Notes under the pieces: generated by a model
What the model was told of the DNA's origin: nothing
The model's database searches: none
The model's input: the letters and a program-made list of their open reading frames with translations, nothing else
DNA from: Laetmonice hystrix
Lineage: Eukaryota
Reading direction: 5' to 3'
DNA length: 64,000 nt
Assembly: GCA_965235115.1 (NCBI GenBank)
Contig: OZ249436.1
Span: 12,402,001-12,466,000, forward strand
In this document: positions 1 to 11,200 of the stretch, piece by piece
Layout: every line of letters begins with the position of its first letter
Numbering within the stretch: the first letter of the stretch is position 1
Program-made: the position numbers and the translations under genes

Positions 1-1797
1 CCCCCTACATCATTGTCACCTGCGAGGTAGATACGCTGGAATAGTTGGGAAGGGATCTTCAAGATTATACATGATACCAGGGGTACATACATTTATGGCG
101 GTCAGAACATTTGAGAGGATTTCACGAAGAACATTCTCAGTTTTTAATAATCACAGCATTTTACACATCAAAAGAAACAAGACTGGACCTTAGTATTAAA
201 CTTTCTTTCTGTCCTATCTGGGCACGTAAAATAGAAACCTGTAAAGCATCCTTACACTAAAAATCTGATCCAATTTGATTGGGTGACCAATGTGAAGCTT
301 TCAAGTAAAGCTGCTACTGAGACCAGGGGGATTCTATGGGCCAGGGGAAAAATGGCAACTTACAGCATTTTCAGATGCTGATGACCTCCTAAAGTCTAAC
401 ATAATTGTGCATCTGTCTACATAAATAAATTACATTTTAGACAACTCAGACACAAATCAATGAGGTTGTCATACGACATAGACTTACTTCTGTAGTTGGA
501 GCTGTGTAAAACACTTGTTTGAACCGCTGGTGGTAGTACTTATAGTCACCATCTGATGCTGTGCTGCCTTCATCAAAGAGATCACCCATGAAGATGACAA
601 TGTCTGGCTTGATCTTATTGTATGAAAACCAAAACGTTTTAGACAAATACCTGAAAAAAAAAGATATAGAATAAAATAAGTACATGTATATTATATTTCA
701 GCCAACTTTGGCACTCCAGTTCTGAGTATGATACTCCTCGATACCTCATCAACCTCAGATGAAACGGGAATGGACTTGCCAACAATTTGTTCCCCCCCCC
801 CCCACATGCTTTGGCATACGAAAATCTTAATGTGTCAGGAGGGTTTTTTTTTTCATAAAAAAAACCTGGTAAGCCATTACAAGGTATTACTGTTACCCTG
901 GTTATGGGATTAATGGGCTTCCCACCAGTTTGCCCAGTTTTATATTACACACCATATATCCTGACAAGTGACTTACATTACACATGTAGTTAATTGATCA
1001 TATCGTTTTTAAATCCTGTGCGTTCTGCCTCATATTTTGGGAAGTAGATTACCTGTCAGCATCCCAGCGACTTAGAGCACCATAAGAGGGGTGCTCCTTC
1101 ATCCCAATCAGTTGCGGGTCAGCCACAAACAACATGCGCACATTCTCTTCTGGCGGCCTTGGCAAAATGCAAAAGATTCAATATCTATTCACTCTAACTT
1201 TCTATATAGACTGAAAACTTTTAAATAAGCAAAATTTTAATGATATTTATAAATTAAACTCTGTGATAGATGTCTTTCCAAGGGCTGGCATAACTGATTA
1301 AATATTTATAATCAAACAAAAGCCCCTTCCCTTTTTCACCCAAGAAATAGAAATAAAAGATCCATTAAATTAGGCAATTATAAACTGACAGTGACATACA
1401 ATTGACCATGTACATACATGCATATATTATGGCATGATCTCTACCACCTTCAACCTTTTACTAAAATTAAATATTTCAAGTGTGGTCCATTGATATAGAT
1501 CTATTTTGATATATACTTGATATTTATAATGGATCCATCCAAAGATTAGCTGTTTACACAATCCCTACATGATAAGAACAAAGATCCATCCAAAGATTAG
1601 CTGTTTACACAATCCCTACATGATAAGAACAAAAATGCCATGACTCACCCTTTGTTCTGTAGGTTAGCCCAGAGCATGATGCTGAAGCACACATGGCTCA
1701 GGAATTCATTGAAGACAAGAAGTCCAATCAGTGCAAGTAGGACAATCTGAATCATTGATGGCAGCTTGTGGTACCTCAGGATTCTTGAGTATCTCAT
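1..1797 (-). CDS. Metallophosphoesterase of the MPPE1/PGAP5-Cdc1/Ted1 family, 5' part (continues beyond window). Exons 1797-1649, 1157-1053, 650-488, 35-<1
   Basis: GT-AG exons join in phase to give MRYSRILRYHKLPSMIQIVLLALIGLLVFNEF (TM) ... MLFVADPQLIG ... RWDADRYL ... PDIVIFMGDLFDEG ... RIYLAGDNDVGG, the calcineurin-like motifs typical of this family. Confidence 0.85.
1532..1633. repeat. Perfect 51-bp tandem duplication in an intron
   Basis: gatccatccaaagattagctgtttacacaatccctacatgataagaacaaa occurs at 1532-1582 and 1583-1633. Confidence 0.95.
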
Positions 1798-2568
1798 CCT
1801 TTCATTTCAAGGTCGGCCTCCCAAGAGCAAGTCCTAGAATAGAGTATGATGTCCCTTTGATTTTTAATGTACACATTCACATCAATAACCTTCATCATAG
1901 CTTGAACATAGCTTGGATACTTTTAAGAGCCAAACTGTTGCTTCTGCTAACCTTATTCACTTGCTCTTGTAACTGACACTGCAAGACCAATACCCTTTGG
2001 CATAATGATCTGTAAACTGAACTGACTATTTTTGCCTCAAATTGGGTGTTAATTAGGTGTTAATTGGATAGGACTCGGCTATTTAGCCGCAGAGCATTTA
2101 CCCCAGAGGATTGAAGATTAATGGTCACATGCATAAATTTAAAGTTCGCCAACTCCATCTCGCTCTCCACCGATGTTTACCAAAGCCTGAACATGCTTCT
2201 GGGCTCTGTCGAGTATCTCTATAGATATCATGAAAAGGATCTATGGCCTAGAACTGAAGATTGCCTATATAAAATAGACATATCTTGCCAACATTACGTC
2301 AGATTGTCTTTGTTTACATGTCGGAGCGAGCCTACAGTCGCAGCACCTGCCAAACGGTCAGCTAGCAAGGTGGGCGGGGCATAAAGACGGCTCCACCCAT
2401 AAGATTAGAGCTTTGAAAATGGTTGAAAGCATTATGGGATGTCGATTGATGACACAACGGAATGGCCAAGGGAAGGCGGAACGGGAATGCACAAACGCCA
2501 TAAAATGCGAGTAGGCCTAAATGTAGTGTCAAGTGCTTTATTTAATATAAAATTTGGTTTATAAAGGT

Positions 2569-2681
2569 GTTAGATCCTGGTCGTTGGTGGTCGCCCGAGG
2601 TCTGGTGTCAGATAACCCTTCCCGAGGGGCGAAGTTATCTGACACCAGACCTCGGGCGACCACCAACGACCAGGATCTAAC
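2569..2681. repeat. Long perfect inverted repeat (about 48-bp arms, 17-nt spacer), probably part of a palindromic non-autonomous element
   Basis: Arm gttagatcctggtcgttggtggtcgcccgaggtctggtgtcagataac (2569-2616) is the reverse complement of 2634-2681. Confidence 0.9.
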
Positions 2682-2884
2682 CCCTAAATATCTTCTCTTC
2701 TTTTTTCCTTACACGCCTAATATAGGCCATATTAGAGATCGTTCTAATTCTATGAATATGATTAAATACAAATATATATACAAATTATACAAGTAGGCTT
2801 ATGTTGAAGTCACGCATTGTATTTTACTTTTGGCAGACGCTATTGTGAATTGTGGTCATGTGACCATGAATCCTATTGTCTGAT

Positions 2885-3096
2885 ATTTGTGACGTGCCAT
2901 ACCAAAACCAGTGTGAAGTTCTAAGCTATGGGGTCAAAATGGCCGATTTTGAGATTTTTCCAGAAATCGAAGGCCAAACATGTCATGTTTCACATTAGAA
3001 AGTATAAATGTCGAAAACCTGTACGTTTTGATTATTCAATAAAACACACATCAATTTTTGCCGACTTCTGCCTGGTTTTGGCATGGCCCCAAACAT
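2885..3096. mobile_element. Degenerate MITE-like element
   Basis: Imperfect terminal inverted repeats atttgtgacgtgccataccaaaaccag ... ctggttttggcatggccccaaacat. Confidence 0.45.
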
Positions 3097-5600
3097 TTGC
3101 TGGTAAAATAGTGAGGTTTTATAAGACCTCTGAAAAATGTGCCTTTGCATTTAATTTGGGCTGAAAAGTAAATTAAAGCTGATGTTAAAAAACCCTACCC
3201 TAACCTTCATTGAATTGTTTAGCCGCCTTGGCTTAGCCTTAGGTTTAGTCGGTATTCAGTAAAACTCATACCCCCTTATACTACTACTAAATAGGCTTAT
3301 TTGTTTGACTATAGCTGCTGTCAAATAGACACTCCCTTTACTTTTAGTTTTAGCCTAAAGTTAGGTCTTTCCTTTTACTTTTTACTTTTAATTTAGAGAA
3401 CAATCTTGCCATTCTTGGACTTGGACCCCATTACTACTCCCGGTACTGCCTATTCAGGCTATTGGCATGCATTACGTCATCATTACGATATAGATCTATT
3501 TTAATATTATATTTATAGTCTAATGATTTTAATTAGGCCTTCAGGTTTGGACAATCCCGACCGCCACCTGTTCCATCCGTCACCGACCGACGCACCGTCA
3601 CCGTCATTTCTCTCGTGTTAGCGGCGGGGAACTCACTACCGACCACTGGCACTGTGTTAGTACTGTTGACGTGTTGTACTGTTGTTTGTAGTCAGGGACT
3701 CAGGCAGTGTTGCAGGCTAGCCTGCAGGCTTGCCTCGGTCAACAGGTCGTTACAGGGAAAGCTCTCGCTCAGTCTAAAGATAACAAAGTTAAAACTCACC
3801 ATAAAGCCACAAGAGTCAAGAACATGAGAAATCATGTTCGCCGAGTACCCAACACACACAGTGAGTGATTGATAGATGAGCGGCAGTGGCAACCCCGGCC
3901 GTCAGTCTGTCCCACCCGAGCGTGGGTGCCCACTGCACTAGGGACGTGAGGCCGCTTGGGTATTAAAAAGACCTCCTCTTTTTTTTTACCTAGTCAGTTC
4001 AAAAGTATTTAAAACTGATAAAAGTCGCGGGTATTTTAAGCAGATCCCGTACTGCAATGTTGCGAAAGCATTAGGGCAGACCCGGTAACTACAGGCGTGG
4101 ATTGTGTTTTCGGGTTCGTATGGGGGTCAAGTCAAGATCCGGGCAACGCAGACAAAACATCTCAGCTATTAAAGATATTGGTTTCCCTGGTGTGTTTAAA
4201 AGTGGAGCACATACATCCCGTAAGTATCTGTGTCACTCTTATGAACACATGCCATGCAAGACAGACAGAACGTTTGGGGTGCAGATAATCTTAACAATAC
4301 ATATTTTGGAACTGCAATCTCTGCATGCCCTGGACCACTCCTGCAAGTAAAACGCCCGATTATCGCCCAATCTCTCCACGTCCGCATCTGTCAAATTACA
4401 TATCAAGTGTTTTAGTATTAAGAATTAAACTGGTTTGTGATATTATTGCGATGATTTGGACCAATGTAATACTTTTCTTTGCACAAGTGCCCATTTTATT
4501 GCACATGCTATCGTTGGGACGGTATTAATTATTACAGGACGTGTGCTGCTGTAGTACCGTCTCAAATTCCAGGCAGAGGGCGTGATACCAGGCAGAACCC
4601 TGAACAAAGTTTGATGGCAATATATCCCTCTATATTAATTTGAGCTGTACTCCCTTGGTATTTTAGGACAGGCTCTAACTATATATAACGTTTTTAAAGC
4701 AAAAGATGATGAAGAAAGCATTTGTGAAAAGACAAGTCATATGACATATCCTAATTTCAGTGAACAAATTTCTTATATAAAATATTATTATTTCAATATT
4801 TGTGACTGTTCAGTCATGTTTCAGGTATCAGAGACCATTTGTGCAGGATCATAAGTCTACTGAGATGTCGTTCTGACAATTATACATGATGGAGGCATGC
4901 TTATTGAAATAGACAAAAACTTGAGCATAGTGATCATGGAAATGAGGAAATGAAGAATGAAGCAGAAATAAAGATGTGGCTGGGTATTTGGTAACAGGTG
5001 TCAAGTAAGTCTTTAGCAAACACGGGCTTCAAGCAATCAACACCAAATTTCATTTGATTGTAGTTCTGTCAACATATTAAAAAACAATGTTAAAAATCTG
5101 AATAGTATCCAGTATTATATAGTAATGAGTGGTGTGTCATCATTTTGAGCTTGTTACTTTGGGAGTTAATGTGTAATGTGTTTTTCAATCATAGGCATTG
5201 TGTTAATAAATACATTTGACATAGGCTTTATTTTGATAGTGAAATGGTGGAATGTTACCAGTTCTGTGTGAGGTAGAATTGTGGTGTGTTGCCACATAAT
5301 TTTGTGTGAATCAGAGAATTTCCCACACCTGTCATCCAGTGTGCATGCAAGGGTATTGTCAGAGTCAGAAGAATAATTGTAAGTGCATGAATACATACAT
5401 AAATTTATTAAATTAAAGAGAGTAAATAGTTTTAGATCACAGTCATAGGAAAGATGATCAGCCCAAACCTGCAACCCTCAAAGGGTCCCCACAGCATGAA
5501 TTATTGGTGGTCTCTTTATATACTTTTCCATAGATGTGTATAAATTTGATGATTCCCAGGCCCTTGAAATAAACTATTTTGAAAATATTATTATAATATA

Positions 5601-5800
5601 GAGGGAAAGGGGCATTAACCCCTGGGGGGCATTAGGCCCCATTTATAAAAAATTATTTGTTCTCTTTTCTATATATTTTTCAAATAAATTTATTGACAGC
5701 AATGTGTTTTTTTTCTGAATTGTCTAAGCAGTGCTTTCTATGTATACATATAAAAATCTGAAAGAATCAAAAAGTGTGGGGCTAATGCCTCCCTTTGCCC
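5601..5800. mobile_element. Tc1/mariner-pogo-like MITE (TA target, GGG...CCC-type ends)
   Basis: TA|gagggaaaggggcattaacccc ... ggggctaatgcctccctttgccc|TA: imperfect TIRs flanked by TA. Confidence 0.55.
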
Positions 5801-5826
5801 TACTGAATACTGCAAATCATAATGTA

Positions 5827-6002
5827 GAGTCAGACCTCGTTTGTCCGAAACAGCTTGGTGCCCATTAAAATGTGTTCGGATTGTGAAATATACGGATTAC
5901 TGAATCATTTTAAATAGAAAATGGTAGAAGAGGTTGCCAGAAAGGGTGTTCGGATTGTGAGGTATACGGATTACAGAAGCACGGATTAACGAGGTCTGAC
6001 TG
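5827..6002. mobile_element. pogo/Tigger-like MITE with TA target duplication
   Basis: TA|gagtcagacctcgtttgtccg ... cggattaacgaggtctgactg|TA, with internal cggatt repeats. Confidence 0.75.
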
Positions 6003-6184
6003 TACTAACTTGAATAATTTCCAAGATATATACTAAATTGTAACACTTTGCCCAGTACAGCAGTATTGAGACCAATTTGTACCAAAAGTAATATTTTGGT
6101 TTAAAAAAACGAAAGAATTCCCGGCATGAACATAAAGACCAGTGTCCTTCATAAAGTTTTAATGTTTTATTCTTCAGCTAGAAA

Positions 6185-8187
6185 ATGGCAAAAAGGGGAA
6201 GAAGGAAACGGACCAAAACAGATGTAGAAAAGTCTGATTCAGGTCCAGGACGGCCATCTGAAGAGGAGGATGCTAATTCTGCACTAACAAATAACATAGA
6301 AAATATAGGTAAATTTTAAGGATATCTTCCTATTTTTGCATTAGACTTTATGAGGAATTCAGACTTTTATTAATCTGTATATTTGGCGGTGTACATTTTC
6401 TTGCATAGGGGACAGTTGCCAAATTGTAAATTGTGTTTACATAATAAAATGTCTAGGATGCTGGTGCATTGGTCACAAGTGCTTTTTGTTTCATTGCAGC
6501 TGCAAAGCGTCAAAGACTCATTGGGAACAATTTAGAAAATGGGGATGTAGGAAGTGATGGAGATACAAGTCAAGAAATCAGTGTTGATGATGAACCTTCT
6601 GAGTGTGGTCACAAAGACCAGCCAAACACTGCACAAGCTGCAGAGGCGAGAGGAGCGCAGTCTCATCCATTGTCTGGTACACTGGATGAAGCAGGAATGG
6701 GTATCAACAGTGCGAAAATTGAGGTAGATGAAAATGTGCCAATAGTTAAAACAGAGGCTTTTGATCCAACATATGAAATGGGAGACTTGTTAATGACTGG
6801 TGCCGTTGATTCAATAATGGACATGCCCCTTTTTCATGAGGTGGACTCATTGATGAACATCAAACATGAAGACCACCTCAATGACACCATATTCTACCTG
6901 CCTATGACATATCCTATGGACAGTGGAATGCGGGTTGAGGTTGATAGCATTCAGGTAGCTGAAGCAGCACGAACACTAGCAAATGAGTTGACTGCACCGG
7001 GTGCTCTACTTTATATGGCACCGGACAGTAGCAATAAGACTGCTCTTGTGGCACAGCATGTTGTCAAACAGGAGGTTTCTGAGCATGGCAGCTCAGAACT
7101 TAGGGCTCATCTGAAATCTCCTGTCATCGGAGGTATGGCTAGTATGGAAGTGGAAAGTGATCTAGCAAACGACCAGCACAATGGTCACCAACATGCTAAT
7201 GGTGCTGTGCACAGTGGAAATGAACAAAGTTCCTTAGAGTCACCAGAAACAAAGGTGGTTGTGAACGGGTACAACTCTCCTGGACATGGATCGTCTGGGA
7301 AAACTGCTGCTTTGATACGTCGATCAAGTAAGAAAGCAAGCCAACACCAAGACGTGGAGAGAAAAGTAAGTAACCATGTAAATGGTTCAGTAGACTGTGC
7401 AAAGCTGAATGGAGAGAATCGTAGTTGTCGGAGTGACAGCATGAGTAGCAGTGGAAGCGAAAGTGGCTCACCAAGTCACATCAGCAGAGGAGTCATCCAA
7501 CAGACAAGCCAGGATGATCCCCCTGAGATCCACCGTTTCGTAATCTGCTCAGACCACACCATGGAGTGTGTGCTCTGTGCATTCACCACTGAGAGCTACA
7601 GTGCCTTCAAGTCACACATCATCTGTAGCCATCCCTGCTGGCGCATCACAAAAAAACTATCTAAGAACAGGCTACTGGTGGAACGCTCTGTTAAAGCAAG
7701 TGCAAGCAGCTCCTCCCCAAGCAGCTCAGAGATGTCACAGCTGCGAACAACCACTCTTCGAGCAACAGAAGATCCAGACATACAAAAGATTATGCGCAAA
7801 TATGATAAAAACCCACGAAAAAGACAACTTTTTGAACGCAACAAACGCCTTTTTAAGTGCACAATTTGCTTGCGGTTATTTGTGTTTGAGGGTTCAGTTG
7901 TCAACCATGTGACTGACCAACATGGTGTTCAACGGCCATACGACCACATCCATATCTCCAATGATCATGGCCAGAAGTTTGGTCCCATCTACCGCTGCAG
8001 CCATAAAAACTGTTACTTCTCATGTGAGAGTGAGGACGAACTAGAGCGACACAACTTGGAACGCCACACCCAAGTCATGTACCGCTGTCAGTTGTGTGGA
8101 TACACAGCCGATTCAGCAGAGGCAGTACGCACCCATGGACTGCGAATGCATCAGCAGCAGCTCATGTGCTTTGATTCCACATTGTAG
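6185..8187 (+). CDS. C2H2 zinc-finger protein, about 603 aa; join(6185..6308,6500..8187)
   Basis: Exon 1 MAKRGRRKRTK... (basic NLS-like) splices in phase 1 onto the 572-aa ORF. Four fingers: CVLC..HIICSH, CTIC..HVTDQH, CSHKNC..HNLERH, CQLC..HGLRMH. Long acidic/Ser-rich N-terminal region. Confidence 0.85.
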
Positions 8188-8255
8188 TAGAATTTGATGG
8201 ACTGCGAATGCATCAGCAGCAGCTCGTGTGCTTTGATTCCACATTGTAGAATTTG
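8135..8255 (+). repeat. Tandem duplication (62 bp + 59 bp) spanning the zinc-finger gene stop codon
   Basis: atggactgcgaatgcatcagcagcagctcatgtgctttgattccacattgtagtagaatttg is repeated with one substitution and one fewer TAG. Confidence 0.9.
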
Positions 8256-11200
8256 ATGTGGAGTTGAAGTGTTTAAGGCAGAAAGTCTTCTGATGGATAA
8301 AGAAGAAACTGATAAAAATTCATGATTATGATAGATGATAGTGCATTAGAGAGAGCTCTTAAGCCTACTCTGTTCTCCCTTGATATCTACTGGGGTAGTA
8401 TATGTATAACACATGTGATGTTACATACACCAAAGTGCAAGAAAACGTTCAATTTTTTTCTGCACTTGTTAATCAAGGCTGAGTACAGGAGACGTGATAT
8501 TGGCTGTGCACTCCATTTTGCCATAAGGCCAGTTGTTGACAGAAAATTCAGATAGTTACCTAGAATGTCAGTATATGAATAGAAGTCAAGAACGTATAGA
8601 ATCGGTTTGGTCTGTCTTTTAACAGCAGTGTGTCATGTTTCTAATGACATCGTTCATTTGAGGAATTGTGCATTATTCCCTTTTCCTGCTTCTGATGTTT
8701 TCCTTTTTATTATATGAAGCAAATGGTTGGCAGACTAGTTCGATTGAATAATAGTTTTTGGCTGTGAGCAATCAAACATTTAGCAGTGTGTGGCCCACAA
8801 ACGAAATGTGAAGAGTCAAAAGTTTAAATTCGAGATTTCAAATTCTAAGTGATTATGAAGCAGACTTTGTGACAAGACTGTACAAAACAGACGTCCTTCT
8901 GACCATTTGCATTCACAAACCTGTTAATTTAAACCATTACTCTGGATTTTGTTTCACAATTGTTGTTATGTCTGATTCATAATCTGTTTTTCTATGCTGG
9001 CTGGTCGTTGGGACTCTGAAACAGCAGTATGATGTACAATAGTTTCAGGATGGTAGATTGTAAGGTGAGCTCAACAACTGCAGTCTGCTTCAAGACCACC
9101 TGCACGCATGATGATGACAGCGAATGGAGTTTTATTCTGTCATATTAAAGCCTCCATTCACAATTCATAGTCACAAAAAAAACTAGATGACAACTTAGCT
9201 TTCAAAAAGCCCTATATTCTGAATAGTGAAACTTAAGTGTTCATTGACATGAGAGTCTTGGCTGACATGAAAGGTGTGATGGATGTTTTATAAGTGTTAA
9301 TTAACATACATCTATGTACCGGTAAATAAAACGTTATGATCACTTTGTCTGTTAGCCAGGATAGGACTTCAGTGTGTAGCTGTACTTGTAATTAGGGACC
9401 AGCTAAAATAGAGGATTCTTGGTAGAGTTACTTAAATCAGTTGCTGGGTATCCAAATTTATTTCTGTCCAATAGAAGGAGGTACATAAACAAAATAATCT
9501 CCATTTTATATAGTTCGTTCCTGATCATAGCTGCAACACCTAGAGCCTGCCGGCAAACAAACAACATTTTCTAATTCATAAAAAGCAATTTTCCTTGCAT
9601 TTGTATATCGATATACACATTTATAAGGAAAGTTCTTTTTAATGATTGAAGATATTCCCTTTTAAGGTTAAAGACACATTTGGGTTGAATATATAAAATT
9701 ATCATAATTAAAAACACGGAACTTAAAAGCACATTTCTTGACTCATCAAAATGTGTAATTTCTTTAAGCTAGTTGCTCTGTTCACATGCTATTTTCTAAG
9801 CAGTTCATTTGAATCCCGCCTAACTTTCGTAAAGGAATTGTTGTGTGGTACATTTTGCCAGTTCATCGCCCAATAATACAGCTGTCAAAAACTTCCAGCT
9901 TTTCATCTCAGATTTGACTCTGGAAAGTTAATATAATAATATTTTACCCAGTTGTTTCTAAATAGCATTTTTTTGCATTAAACAGTCGGAGAGTATATGG
10001 CCAAAAACAAAGTTGAATACATGTAGAGTACATGTAGAACAGAAGACATCACATTTGAGGAAGACCTTTTTTTTTCTCTGAGAAGGGCAAGGGCAATACG
10101 AAATGGTAAACCATCCGTGAACCACAAGAGGAGTGCTTTGGGTCTACTGAGATACATTTAGCATGTACTTACTGTTAAACTGGGATGAACCATGACTAAT
10201 CAGTATTTAGCAGAGCACTGCATATGTAGATCAAGTAATGTCGGTTCCTCATGTCTGAGCTATTGCCATGTTGTGTTCAGAACTCCAGTATTCATTGTAT
10301 TGTGTGATTCAGGTAAATATGACCTGCATTATTTATCGTCCATACTGTCGGGTGTTAACAGGTACCTTGTGACGACATGAATAAAAGAAACATAAGTTAG
10401 ACAAGGGTTATCGGTAATTAATACTGCAATATTGCCGCCGCCTTTTCCCCTTTTTAAAAGGAGTTTTCTGCCTTCAGACTGGAATATTTCTTTTTGAAGG
10501 AAGTATACCAGTATACATTTAATTTTCAAGTAGTTAAGGCTTTCTTTACTCATAATTCAATATAAAGTGGCAAAATGCTCCTACAGTTGTAGCCTAAAAT
10601 GTTTATTTGTAATTTTTGCTAGTGTATGAACAAACCTACCTGCACCTCAGGCTTACTTTGACACAAATATTTGGACTAAAAGGGACTGATTTGTTTTATT
10701 ACGTTATAAGTATGATGCACTGGAAAAAGGAATCGGTATAAAAGTACATGTTCCTAAATTCACCCCAGATAGGACCACTTATTGACGAATTTCTTCATCA
10801 ATCATGTTTGCCATGCAATTAGGATATTGACATTTTGAATGCATAATTAGTTGCTAAATTTGTTGCTTTTGTCTACACATGTACTTCAGTCTTGTATGTC
10901 GTTGCTCTAACGTAGTCTCTGTGTTGGCAGTTTTGCCAGTGAATCTGAAGAACGGTCTGTGGCGTTAAACGATTGAGACATGAACCTATTCAGTTACGTT
11001 GTACGTATACATCTATATGAATATTAACGTTGGCAGCCTCGGTAATTATCAAATGCAGAAAAATAGGGTAACCTGGTACCAGATTTGTAGCATCTGTTGA
11101 GTCAAGCCATATGTAATATATCATAGCAAAGTATATTGATGAAACTTAGCCGGGTCATACAAAAGGTTTGAAGCTGTACATGATCATAATATTGGTATGA

